A DNA stretch of 63,503 nt, filler included, from 8 parts of 8 records of this genome joined end to end with filler, not necessarily neighbours in it, one strand, 5' to 3'. Shown: positions 16,738 to 27,021, counted from the first letter of the whole stretch. Translations and numbers: made by a program. Notes: generated by a model from the sequence alone, not told the origin.

Positions 16738-17819
16738 TTTGGAAATTCCAAGGTAAAAATAGTTCCTTTTGGCTTATTGGGTCCATGCCTAATGGTCCCC
16801 TTATAGCTTTTAATAATGCCATGGACCACGCTCAGGCCAAGACCTGTGCCCTCCCCGACCGGTTTGGTGGTATAAAAGGGTTCAAAAACCTTGTTTTCCT
16901 GGCCAGGTGCTATCCCTTCCCCTTGGTCGATAATATTGATAACGATCTTCTGCTTCTCGCCAAGGAGCTCTACCCTGATCTCTCCGCGTTCAGGGGAGTA
17001 ATACGCCGCGTTCATGATAAGGTTGAACATGACCTGGGTCAATTGGACCGTATTGGCCTGGATCCTTAAATCATCGTTGTCGTAGGATTTGACGACCGAT
17101 AACTGTTTTTCCCTAAGGGAGGGCCCCATAAGGCGAACCACACTGTCCATGATCTTGTTCAGCTCGACAACTTCCATCTGTTGTGGCATTTCACAGGTAA
17201 AGAACATTAGTTTTTTGACAATTTCCCTGCTGAAAATGGCATTGTCCAAAATCGTTTGTAGATCCTCCTTGGTCCCCGTATCGGTAGCTTTATCCAGCAA
17301 TAATTCGGCAAACCCCAAAATATTGGCCAAAGGGGTATTCAGTTCATGGGCTATACCCGCAGTGATCTCTCCCATGATATGCAAACGATCATTACGTTCC
17401 ATTTGTCTTTTCGTTTCCGCTTCGCTATCATGGATCTGTTTACGTTCCATTAGGTTCCCTACGGCCAGACATACATTTTTGAGCAGGGTCCTTTCTTCCG
17501 GAAGAAAGTCCTTCAGTGTATAATCCGAAGCTGGATAACCTATGGCTATGGTCCCCTCCACCTTGTTGAACACAATGACGTCACGCGATAGGCAGGTCAT
17601 AGGCTCCGAAAATCCATGGGTCCGTACCTGATAGTTGCCGATGGAAACCGCCGCCTCGGCAACTTCGGGAAACTGCCACCCTCTTTTAAGACAATAGGCA
17701 ATGGCTTCCAAGGAAGTTGACAGTTCGTCGTATCCGGAATTCACGATGATAGAGGTAACCTCGTAAAGACAGGTCAACTCTTTTACCCGTTCCTTTAATT
17801 TTTGATCTGTATTCTTCAT
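16734..17819 (-). CDS. Cytoplasmic sensor histidine kinase
   Basis: AHELNTPL H-box, NLIMNA, DQGEG, FEPFYTTK, GTGLGLS; no TM segment; start at MKNTDQ. Confidence 0.92.
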   Translation of the reverse strand: MKNTDQKLKERVKELTCLYEVTSIIVNSGYDELSTSLEAIAYCLKRGWQFPEVAEAAVSIGNYQVRTHGFSEPMTCLSRDVIVFNKVEGTIAIGYPASDYTLKDFLPEERTLLKNVCLAVGNLMERKQIHDSEAETKRQMERNDRLHIMGEITAGIAHELNTPLANILGFAELLLDKATDTGTKEDLQTILDNAIFSREIVKKLMFFTCEMPQQMEVVELNKIMDSVVRLMGPSLREKQLSVVKSYDNDDLRIQANTVQLTQVMFNLIMNAAYYSPERGEIRVELLGEKQKIVINIIDQGEGIAPGQENKVFEPFYTTKPVGEGTGLGLSVVHGIIKSYKGTIRHGPNKPKGTIFTLEFPK

Positions 17820-18199
17820 GGCTTTTGAAACGTTTTGACCGTAAAGGTACATACCCTCCAATTGCTATCACATCGCTACGAAAATTTCATCAAAGTCCTT
17901 TTACCTAAAGAACATGTCTGCCCTGTGGCCCAGAACTTGGATTCCAATACATTCGCTGTTTTAGTTCCAAAGTCTGGAAAGGACCTTGTGTGCAAAAAAT
18001 GGGAAAGCACAAACCTGTCCGGGAAAGAAAAGAACTGATACAACTATTTTACCGTGTTCAAATCATCCATAATTCCAATTTTGATCCCCAGTTCCCGAAT
18101 AAAATGCGTAAGTAGGTAATCCATCCAAATACGGAAGTTACCAAAGAAAACGCACCCCTCCCTTAGGTGGAAACGTCGGACATAGCATACCACTGTCAC

Positions 18200-19642
18200 G
18201 GTTCTTCGTCATATTTGGGGATCATTAACCGGTTTGGACAATATCACCTTTTTACGCAATAGGTCAAAGCGAGCCCTGCCATACATTTGTCCTTTAATGC
18301 TCTTTATCCGGTTAACGTGGCCTTCTACAGCGCCATTGCCCCAAGGCATTCCAATCGCGTTCTTAACGGCTTTGATATCCCTTGACAGTCCATTGGCAAA
18401 AGTGGCCGATCCCGTCATTTTGTATTTTGATCGTTTAATGAATTCGATCCATCGGTAAATGTTGCCACCTCCCGTGGTCAGCATAGTTTTAAAGATCCGC
18501 ACCAATTTTTGAATAACCAGTAGCTCCGGGATATTGTCCAATAAGGTCTGTAGATATCTCCGCTGATCGGGATTCTTGACAACAGCCGGACAGGAACCGA
18601 TATATTTGGCGAGCTCCCTTGAGCTCAAGGGTTTTACATAGGGAATTCTCTCCTTTTGTACCTGTGCAAGATCAGGTGTGCATATTCCATGTTTTTCCTT
18701 TATGATGTTTATATTGTGATAGGCCTGCGTCCTGCTTCCGTTGTATCCCAATTTATAGATTTCGTCCATTATGTCTTTCACCATATATCCCTGAACGTTC
18801 GATCGCGCAACGATGTGTTGGGAAAACAGCCCAATATTGGTCGATCTTGGGTTTGATCTGGGAGGCAATGATTCCAGCGAGAGATAGGAATGGACCGTAT
18901 TGCGGCCTATGCCCAGATCCCTTGCTATCTTTCGTTTGGATATGCCCTTGGCATGCAGTTCCTTGACCTTGTTGAAAACATCCTGCCTTCGGTCCGTTAC
19001 TTTTAGGTCCGTTCTTTTTTGGACCTTTGATAATGGGCCCGTTGTTTTTTCCTTCGCATCGCCGGTAATTTGACCATCGGACTTTTTCAAAAGTTCATTG
19101 CTTTTATCCTTGATGAGCTTTTGGATTTTTGGGTCCACACTTTTGAAATACCTGTCCAAGGCATCCGATAGGTCGGACAGACCTCATCAATGGCAGAAGA
19201 ATATGAACTGGCCCTGTCCCTGGTGACAATCTTCACGCCGGGATATTTTGACAACCACTTTTTTAGCTCTTTGCCCTCCCTCGAAGGTAAAATATCAATG
19301 GGCCTTGACGTCTCCATATCAACGAGAACGGTTCCATAACTTATCCCTTTTCGATATGCAAAATCATCAACGCCAAGTACCTTTGGTTGGGCTATTTGGG
19401 GCAGTTGTTGTTCGTGGGCCATTCGTGCAATGGTCGATTTGCTGACCGAGATCAGTAGTTGTTCCGACAGGGTACTGCCCATTTTACCGGTCAGTTCGAT
19501 CGACAGGGAATCCAATATCCTTGATACCCTTCGTGTTCTTCTCGAATACCTCAAAATATATGGTGTCCGTTCTGAAAATACTTTTCGGTCACATTGAGGG
19601 TTCTGACATTTAAATTTGCGTGTTTTTAGGAAGATAGTGGTC
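18200..19642 (-). mobile_element. ISL3-family insertion sequence with frameshifted transposase, cut at contig end
   Basis: CQNPQC zinc finger, LGVDDFA, TRDRA, NGAVEGHVNRIKSIK..MYGRA; putative terminal IR GGTTCTTCGTC at 18200; frame break near 19180. Confidence 0.9.
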
Positions 19643-19742
19643 NNNNNNNNNNNNNNNNNNNNNNNNNNNNNNNNNNNNNNNNNNNNTTAATTAATTAANN
19701 NNNNNNNNNNNNNNNNNNNNNNNNNNNNNNNNNNNNNNNNNN

Positions 19743-19920
19743 TATCAATATTGCGATGGTGATGGGTCTGATCCCGGTGGTTGGCGTGCCATTGCCACTG
19801 GTGTCATATGGCGGAACGGTCATGATGACCATTCTGGTCAGCTTCGGCCTGTTGATGAGCGTCTCGATCCACCGCGATATCCGAATTTCCCGTCAGGGTA
19901 ATGACGACGGTCGGAACTGA
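19743..19920 (+). CDS. rodA: Rod shape-determining protein RodA, C-terminal fragment
   Basis: [25 protein letters not shown] (SEDS signature). Confidence 0.9.
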
Positions 19921-19926
19921 TAGCAG

Positions 19927-21393
19927 CTACGCCTCAGACGCAGCAGCATTTGCATGTTCCATCAGTTCGTGGAAATCGGCAACTTCACAGCGATTACGCC
20001 CGCTTTCCTTGGCAAGATATAGCGCACTGTCCGCCATCGAATAAAGCGTTGCCGAGATTTCCGAAATCTCCCGTTTTTTCAGGGCATCAAACTGACGGAC
20101 CACGTCATCGCTAAAACCCGTCATTCCGGATTTTGATGGCAAGCCGGACACACCAAAGCTTGAGGTGAATGAAAGAGTGTTGCCGCCAAACTCAACGCGG
20201 GTTTCTTCAAAGGCAACCCGCAGACGTTCCGCAAGTTTCATTGCCCCTTCAAGTTCCTCACCTGGCAACAAAACAGCAAATTCTTCTCCGCCTAACCTTG
20301 CTGGCACATCAATCGTGCGCAAGGTTCTTTGCATTGTTTTAGCCAGTTCCACAAGCACAGCGTCGCCTGCTTGATGGCCATATGTATCGTTAAAGGACTT
20401 GAACCGGTCAATATCGAGAAGAATGATCGATACGGGTGTATCCCGGCGACACCAGATCGAAATCGCTTCTTCCTGACGGCCAAGATATGCCCGCCGGTTT
20501 GGCAGCTCCGTAAGCGGGTCTGTCGATGCCAGAACTTCAAGCTTTTGCATCGCTTCGTTCAATTCTTTGGTGCGCTGTTCGACACGCGCTTCCAGATTAA
20601 TGTTGGCATTTTGCAGTTCATCACGTGCTGTGCGCAATTGCCCTACTTGCCCACGGATCATCCCGAACAAGCCAACCGTCACAGACCCCAACAACTGCAC
20701 TTCATCGTCATAACGATGATGGGGCGGCATCTCCAATGGCCTCTTGTCATCTGTCGGGTCTGACTTCACCAGATAGTTGCCAAGACGCACCAACGGACGG
20801 GAAAAGACAAAATAACTCATCCCCGCAAAGACAGCGGCCATCAGCACAGCCAAAACCATAGTAGACAAAAACGACCATGATAGCCGGCTCATATATGCGG
20901 AAACAAAGATTTGCGGGTTCAGTTCTATAACCATTTCGCCAATGGTTACTGCCGGCTGCTCATGCGGGTCGCGGACTGGAACAACGATGGTTTGCAGCCC
21001 ACCAAACATTTTTTCGGCCCATCGCGATGTCGGTATTTCACCTGCGGGACGTTTTAGTTCGAAAAAGATACCATCTTCTGCATTCAGCAATGCAACACGG
21101 GCGATAGAACGATTGTTCATCATACCACGCGCCATTACTTCGGCCAATTCGAGATCGCGGTTTGTAAGGATCTGGGTTGCCACAGCAACGCTTGAGGATG
21201 TCGAACGTTGAGTTCCCTGATGATATACATCTTCAAGCCATTCGTAGTCTTGAAGACCCCGAACACCAACAATGACGAACCCAAGGATAGTCGCAAGAAT
21301 CAATGAATATTTAAGCTGACGTGCTGCAATGGTACTGCCCAGCTTCAAGCCGGCGAGCACATCATCATGCTTTTGATCCGACTGCTTCGCCAA
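19927..21393 (-). CDS. Membrane-bound diguanylate cyclase (periplasmic sensor, HAMP-like linker, GGEEF)
   Basis: Two TM segments, TDPLTELPNRR, DIDRFKSFNDTYGH, RTID I-site, RLGGEEF. Confidence 0.93.
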   Translation of the reverse strand: MAKQSDQKHDDVLAGLKLGSTIAARQLKYSLILATILGFVIVGVRGLQDYEWLEDVYHQGTQRSTSSSVAVATQILTNRDLELAEVMARGMMNNRSIARVALLNAEDGIFFELKRPAGEIPTSRWAEKMFGGLQTIVVPVRDPHEQPAVTIGEMVIELNPQIFVSAYMSRLSWSFLSTMVLAVLMAAVFAGMSYFVFSRPLVRLGNYLVKSDPTDDKRPLEMPPHHRYDDEVQLLGSVTVGLFGMIRGQVGQLRTARDELQNANINLEARVEQRTKELNEAMQKLEVLASTDPLTELPNRRAYLGRQEEAISIWCRRDTPVSIILLDIDRFKSFNDTYGHQAGDAVLVELAKTMQRTLRTIDVPARLGGEEFAVLLPGEELEGAMKLAERLRVAFEETRVEFGGNTLSFTSSFGVSGLPSKSGMTGFSDDVVRQFDALKKREISEISATLYSMADSALYLAKESGRNRCEVADFHELMEHANAAASEA

Positions 21394-21446
21394 TGCTTCT
21401 TACCTCATATTCGTCATCTCAATACCGACAAACATAGCAATGAAGA

Positions 21447-22613
21447 TTATCGGCCACTCGTGGGATGCAGTCCAAAGTTATACTCGGCTCCCGACGGAGA
21501 ATTGGCAAGGCTAAACCGGGTAAAATCGATCTTTCGCCAGTCTCGCATCGTCAGAACATCTTCAAAGTCAGCGATGTTTTTGCGCGTAATCGCCTCCATC
21601 TTGAAAGATATCTCTGGATGATCTTTGATCGTTTGGACCCCATTGATATAGTCATGCAACAAAACCATGACCCAGGCCCCTGCAAAGAAATGTCCGCCAT
21701 GGGTTAGGGTCATTTTTCCGGCAGCGACGTTCTGCAATCCTTCAGAAGACCAGTTCAAACCGCCAACAAATACGTCTTTTCCCGGAACACGTCCTGCGTC
21801 TTCAAGAGCCGCAATCGCGCCAAGCGCAATGTCGTCATTCGCCGCCCACACCGCATCAACACATCCTCCACGGCTGATCCAGGCGGATGTTTGACGATAT
21901 GCCTCGTCAAAAGACCAGTTTGCGACAATCCGACGCTGTTCTTTGAGATTCGGGAACTGACTTAACGCACGATCCAAGCCGTCAAGCCGCTGTAAGGATG
22001 CCGGCGTTTTGCGATCACCAGCAATCGACAACAAACACACCTCATCGGGCGACTGGCCGTTGCTGGCCTGTTCGGCAGCATCAATCAACGACTTTGCAAT
22101 TTCAAAACCGGCACGCTCATTGTCAGGTGTCAGGGTCAATATCCAGTTTTCAATGTCTTTGACGGGGCGCCCATAGGCGCTCTTTTGTGCCTCGGTCAAA
22201 TCATTGAGCAACATGATTACCGGAATACCACGTGCATTGGCTTCCAGAATGATACGCGTACCTTGCTGGTGTTCATTCACGGCAATGATGTAATCAGGCA
22301 GAGGCTGAAGTGCGAATGCCTGTGTCGCACTTTCAGTCATCTTCTTCCAGTCGCGGTCACTGTCAAATACAATAAGCTCATAACCAAACTGATCAGCCGC
22401 TGCCTGCATCGTATCGCGCACGTCTTTCCAAAAACCGCGATCACCATATCCCGGATTGATAAAGGCAACCCTGACCGGCTCCTGTGCATTTTCAGCCGTG
22501 ACGGACTGTGCATGAACCGGTAATAGCACCAAGAACCACACACACAAACCCAGCAACCACGCCCCGTAGCTTCGCAACTCGCATACCCCAAAAGACAGAC
22601 TGTTCGACGACAA
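21447..22613 (-). CDS. Periplasmic sugar-binding-type (type 1) solute-binding protein
   Basis: Signal peptide-like N-terminus, FINPG...FW, WAANDDIALGA, GGLNWS, GGHF; exact start uncertain. Confidence 0.85.
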   Translation of the reverse strand: MSSNSLSFGVCELRSYGAWLLGLCVWFLVLLPVHAQSVTAENAQEPVRVAFINPGYGDRGFWKDVRDTMQAAADQFGYELIVFDSDRDWKKMTESATQAFALQPLPDYIIAVNEHQQGTRIILEANARGIPVIMLLNDLTEAQKSAYGRPVKDIENWILTLTPDNERAGFEIAKSLIDAAEQASNGQSPDEVCLLSIAGDRKTPASLQRLDGLDRALSQFPNLKEQRRIVANWSFDEAYRQTSAWISRGGCVDAVWAANDDIALGAIAALEDAGRVPGKDVFVGGLNWSSEGLQNVAAGKMTLTHGGHFFAGAWVMVLLHDYINGVQTIKDHPEISFKMEAITRKNIADFEDVLTMRDWRKIDFTRFSLANSPSGAEYNFGLHPTSGR

Positions 22614-22824
22614 AGGTATTTTACAAAAACCTTGTAATCAGCCGGGATAAACAATTGAACCTGAAAGGTCAAATTGTGCGATCATCATTGCAACATGCTT
22701 TAGCGTCCAGCCACGCAAAAAGGCCCGCAGTCTGGCCAATTTCACAATTGTCCTATGACCGCTGACGGATACATCACCAGGGTGATCTGGATTATTCCTG
22801 TAAGGGTTTCACAGGTTGCGTATT

Positions 22825-23106
22825 TTACGGCGAACCTGACTGAGCACGGCTAAGGGCACGCGCCAGTTCTTCATTGGTCATATTCGCGCGGTCTTCAATA
22901 CCGTGCCGCTGGGCCAGATGATAAAGATCATCCCGACGCCATTTGTCGAAAACGGGTTTCCGATGCATGCGAAACGCGGGTTCTTCCCGTTCGATCTCGC
23001 CAGAGAGTCTTTTAAAGCTCGCCACTCTTGCCTCCTGTATGGGACGGTCACAAGCGATTGCGGCACAAATTTCTCCCCTGAATGTAAAAGTGCCGTAACA
23101 TTTCAT
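22825..23106 (-). CDS. Small protein with Rho-N-like C-terminal helical motif
   Basis: WRRDDLYHLAQRHGIEDRANMTNEELARAL. Confidence 0.6.
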   Translation of the reverse strand: MKCYGTFTFRGEICAAIACDRPIQEARVASFKRLSGEIEREEPAFRMHRKPVFDKWRRDDLYHLAQRHGIEDRANMTNEELARALSRAQSGSP

Positions 23107-23315
23107 TTAGGGCCGTTTCCTGGAATTTCTATTCCCCGTCCTGATTTTTTCGTCCTGCTTTCGTGTAAGCGACTGGGCAGCAACAAAAAATAAGTCCTTG
23201 CTCACCCGATACAATTACATTTTAACGGCAATTTATCGTTGAATTAATGTTTTCTCTATTTGGTTCAAAATATCTCTGATAGCATCGCGCAAAAGAAAAC
23301 ATCAGGGGGCCTCGG

Positions 23316-24467
23316 ATGGCACTACATTTTGACCGCGAAGAATTGGCAATCCGCCGCGCGCGTACCATCAAGAAACTTGAACAGGCCGGGTTAGATGGCC
23401 TTTTGATGTTTCGTCAGGAAAGCATGTTTTACCTGACCGGCTATGACACATTTGGCTATGTGTTTTTCCAATGCCTGTATCTAGGCGCAGATGGCCGTGT
23501 TTCATTGATCACCCGCGCCCCGGATTTGCGCCAGGCACAGCATACTTCTGACATTGAAGATATCCGCATCTGGGTCGATGGCCCGAATGTGAACCCGGCA
23601 TTTCAACTGCGCGATATGCTGGCTGAATTTGGCTGTTCAGGCAAAAAGCTTGGCGTTGAATATGATGCCTATGGCCTGACCGCCGCCAATGGCAAAAAAC
23701 TTGAAACCGCCTTGGATGGATTTTGTACGCTGGAAGATGCGTCTGGTCTGGTTTCCGAACTGCGTGTGGTCAAAAGCCCGGCTGAACTTGACTATATCCG
23801 CAAGGCTGCCGAACTGGCAGATGATGCGTGGGATGCGGCCCTTAAAACCGTCCATGCCGGTGCGTTCGAAGGTGATATTCTTGCTGCCATGCAAGGTGCG
23901 ATTTTTGCCGGTGGCGGTGATTATCCCGGTAATGAATTCATCATTGGTGCCGGGCGCGATGCGCTTTTATGTCGCTATTTCTCCGGCCGCAAAAACATCG
24001 CCCAGAACGATCAGATTACGCTTGAATGGGCGGGTGCCTATCGTCACTACCATGCTGCTATGATGCGCACGATCCCGGTTGGGAACACCCTGCCCCGCCA
24101 TGTCGAGATGCATAAGGTGGCAACCGATGCCATGGCCGCCTGCCGCGAGGCGCTTCGTCCAGGTGAACCCATCGGCAAGGTCTTTGATGCCTATGCCCAA
24201 ACTTGCGACAAAGGTGGCATGTTTGCCCATCGTCTGAATGCATGCGGCTATTCCATGGGAACGACCTTTGCCCCGAACTGGATGGATTGGCCGATGTTTT
24301 ACCATGACAACCCGGTCATTGCCGAACCGGGCATGGTGTTCTTCTTGCACATGATCCTGATGGATAGCGAAAATGGCGTTGCCATGTGTCCCGGTCATTC
24401 GGTGATTGTCACCGAAAATGGCAATGAGTGCGTTTCACGCCACAGCCTTGATCTGATCACACGTTAA
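23316..24467 (+). CDS. M24-fold (creatinase/EutD-like) hydrolase
   Basis: FYLTGYDT, LRVVKSPAELDYIRKAA and EPGMVFFLH; GGGGG ribosome-binding site. Confidence 0.88.
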   Translation: MALHFDREELAIRRARTIKKLEQAGLDGLLMFRQESMFYLTGYDTFGYVFFQCLYLGADGRVSLITRAPDLRQAQHTSDIEDIRIWVDGPNVNPAFQLRDMLAEFGCSGKKLGVEYDAYGLTAANGKKLETALDGFCTLEDASGLVSELRVVKSPAELDYIRKAAELADDAWDAALKTVHAGAFEGDILAAMQGAIFAGGGDYPGNEFIIGAGRDALLCRYFSGRKNIAQNDQITLEWAGAYRHYHAAMMRTIPVGNTLPRHVEMHKVATDAMAACREALRPGEPIGKVFDAYAQTCDKGGMFAHRLNACGYSMGTTFAPNWMDWPMFYHDNPVIAEPGMVFFLHMILMDSENGVAMCPGHSVIVTENGNECVSRHSLDLITR

Positions 24468-24487
24468 AACCAAGTCAGGTAATAAGA

Positions 24488-24528
24488 ACCAATAACGGGC
24501 TGCCATAGCTGGTCAGCCCGTTATTGGT
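24488..24528. terminator. Hairpin between convergent genes
   Basis: ACCAATAACGGGCTG-N11-CAGCCCGTTATTGGT. Confidence 0.75.
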
Positions 24529-24574
24529 ATATTATGCGCGACCTGATGACCAAGGCGCCCCAGCAGACCGTACC

Positions 24575-24821
24575 CTAACGCAACGCTTCTTGCATCGCGG
24601 CCACAGTGTCCTCGGCCAACTTATCAAGTGCCGTTATCTGTGCGAGCAATTCCTCGCCAAAATTACCTTCATATGTTTCTAGCTTGCGTGCTTCTGCTGC
24701 AAGTTTCCGCCCTGCCATATTTGCGGCCATCCCCTTTATGGTATGACCAGCCCGATGCAGCATTTCGCTGTCACCATTGTTTACGGCTTCAATGAGCCTT
24801 TCTCGCTCCTCCTGATAGGAA
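24575..24821 (-). CDS. HPt domain, C-terminal fragment
   Basis: HRAGHTIKGMAANMAG..LA..ARKLE. Confidence 0.8.
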
Positions 24822-24921
24822 NNNNNNNNNNNNNNNNNNNNNNNNNNNNNNNNNNNNNNNNNNNNTTAATTAATTAANNNNNNNNNNNNNNNNNNNNNNN
24901 NNNNNNNNNNNNNNNNNNNNN

Positions 24922-25564
24922 AATCATCTTCCGCGAATTCCATCGCCTTGAGGGGCCGGAAACCACCGATGTGAAGGGCCTTGGCCTTGGTCTTGCGATT
25001 GTCGAGCGGCTTGGCCGGTCGCTTGATCACACGGTTTCGGTGCGTTCGCGCCCGGGGCGGGGAACGGTTTTTTCGGTCGATGTGCCGATTGGCCAGATGG
25101 GCGAAACCGCATTGCCCAAACCGCGCCGCCGGATGGCCGGCGAACTGGGCGGTTTGCGTGTGCTGTGCCTTGATAACGAACCCGATATCCTTGATGGCAT
25201 GCGGGCCATGCTGGAAAACTGGGATTGTGTGGTGGCGACCGCACGCTCGGGCGTGGAAGCCGAGAAAATCCTGCTTGGAGATGAGGATGATAACAATGAT
25301 AACATCGGTTTTGTCCCCGACATCATTCTGGCCGATTATCACCTCAGTTCCGGGGAGACCGGGCTGGATGTGCTGATCCGGCTGCGGGATCAACGCGGGC
25401 TTGATATTCCCGGTGTGGTGATCACGGCGGACCGCAGTACCGAGACGGCGGAACTGATCAAGGCACAGCGATTCGCGTTGCTGAACAAGCCGCTGCGCCC
25501 GGCCAAATTGCGCGCCCTTATGACGCGGGCAGTGACCCGGCAAAGTTCCGATGCGGCGGAATAG
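24922..25564 (+). CDS. Hybrid histidine kinase C-terminus (HATPase + REC), CrbS/MxtR/ErcS-like, partial
   Basis: IFREFHRL..GLGLGLAIVER, VLCLDNE, ILADYHL, ITADRS, LNKPLRPAKLRALM. Confidence 0.88.
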
Positions 25565-25632
25565 GGGCATATGGTTTTGAAAGATAACATCTTTTCAAGG
25601 GATTAGGATTTTTTGCAAATTACCTGAAAATT

Positions 25633-25647
25633 GTTCTTGATTTGTTC
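25633..25647 (+). promoter_or_regulatory. Alphaproteobacterial LexA (SOS) box
   Basis: GTTC-TTGATTT-GTTC = GTTC-N7-GTTC in an AT-rich promoter-like stretch. Confidence 0.65.
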
Positions 25648-26235
25648 TTTTTTTTGTGGCATAAAAGAAAAGTCAACGGGGGAAATGCACCCGGACCCAA
25701 AACCCGCAAAGCGTGATTCGCTTTCGCGGGTTTTTGCGTATTCGAGCCGGAAAGACAGGAGCAAGATGATGCTGGAAATGACGATGCCAGGGCCGCGATC
25801 CGACAGACCGAAAGGACGACGGCGACATCACCAAAGGGCCATCAATGGCGCGTGGAAAAGTCATTACGGCGGTATTGCGTCCGGGTGATGAGCCCGTGGA
25901 GAATTTGCAGAAAATTGGTGTGAATCATGACGGGAGAGATGTGCCCTTTGGGTGAGGGCGAGCCGTTCGGGGTGAGGGAGCCGGGGCGAGGCGATGCAAT
26001 GCCGGGGATGATCCGGCCTAGCTCTGCGACGGGGGCGATGGCTGCGTTTGGAAATGCCGGAAAGCCAGTCACCGACGGCGCGAAGTGCGCCTGCCTTGCG
26101 TTTATCGACCGCCACTGGTGCGACCATCCTGTAGCATCGCCAGGTGGAACGGGTGTTTGGTCTGTCGATGCAGGAAGGTGGCGTTTGGTCGCGGATCGGC
26201 GTCTGGATGACAGGGGAATTATTTGTTCTTCGTGC

Positions 26236-26610
26236 TCATGCACTTTCCCTCACCGGCTGGATCAGGATATCCGCCGGGATTTTCCAGACTTCGTGCAGTT
26301 TGCGAATTTGCGTCAGGGACAGGCTGGTTTTGTGATTGAGGAATTCGGATGCGCGGGACCGACTGCCGAGCAGTTCGCCGAGTTCTTTGCGCTCCAGGCC
26401 ATTTTGCTCCATATGGAACAGAACCGCTTCGACCGGATCGGGCGACGAGATTGGAAACTGTGCCGTTTCGTATTGGTCAATCAGGATGCCGAGGATTTCA
26501 AGCTGATCGGCTTCGGGGCTGCCGGGGGCGGACTCCCAAAGGGTTTCGATCAACTGCATCGCCGCTTCATAATCGGCTTTGGTCCTGATCGGTTTAAGGG
26601 GGGCGTTCAT
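26236..26610 (-). CDS. higA: HigA antitoxin (HTH)
   Basis: KPIRTKADYEAA, LIDQYE, PDPVEAVLFHMEQNGL, SRSRASE, LSLTQIRKL. Confidence 0.93.
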   Translation of the reverse strand: MNAPLKPIRTKADYEAAMQLIETLWESAPGSPEADQLEILGILIDQYETAQFPISSPDPVEAVLFHMEQNGLERKELGELLGSRSRASEFLNHKTSLSLTQIRKLHEVWKIPADILIQPVRESA

Positions 26611-26634
26611 TCTGTTGCTCCTGCCGGTGCCCGG

Positions 26635-26937
26635 CTAAAACTTGCTGACGGTTTTGGCATCAATCCTGTCATATTCCGCATGGGTGCCGATAAACTTGAT
26701 CCATGCAATCTGAACGTCGAAGCGATAGGCGACAATCAGGCGATAATCATTGCCGTGTATTTTGAACCTGATCCGTTCGGCATTGATCACTTTTGCGGTG
26801 CCAAAGGCACCCAAGACCTCTTGAGATGATTGCCAGTTTGCCTTTTGCGTTCGATCAAACCACGCTTTGAGTGGTTGTTCCGTTTCCGGGTGCTGTTTCC
26901 AGAAATCAACGAGCACTTTCCGGGCGATGACGCGCAT
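26635..26937 (-). CDS. higB: HigB toxin (mRNA interferase)
   Basis: MRVIARKVLVDFW, GNDYRLIV, FIGTHAEYDRID; toxin-first order. Confidence 0.95.
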   Translation of the reverse strand: MRVIARKVLVDFWKQHPETEQPLKAWFDRTQKANWQSSQEVLGAFGTAKVINAERIRFKIHGNDYRLIVAYRFDVQIAWIKFIGTHAEYDRIDAKTVSKF

Positions 26938-27002
26938 ATTCTCTTGCTTTCCTGTGCCTCATTCTGTCGTCCGAAAGTTCCAAACCTAGTTGCAAGATAT
27001 CA

Positions 27003-27021
27003 TGTTCCAAAAATTGGAACA
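27003..27021. promoter_or_regulatory. Putative HigA operator palindrome
   Basis: TGTTCCAA-aaa-TTGGAACA upstream of higB. Confidence 0.65.

Noticed and set aside
25927..26829. 300-aa ORF antisense to higBA
   Set aside because: No motifs; mostly the shadow of higA and higB.
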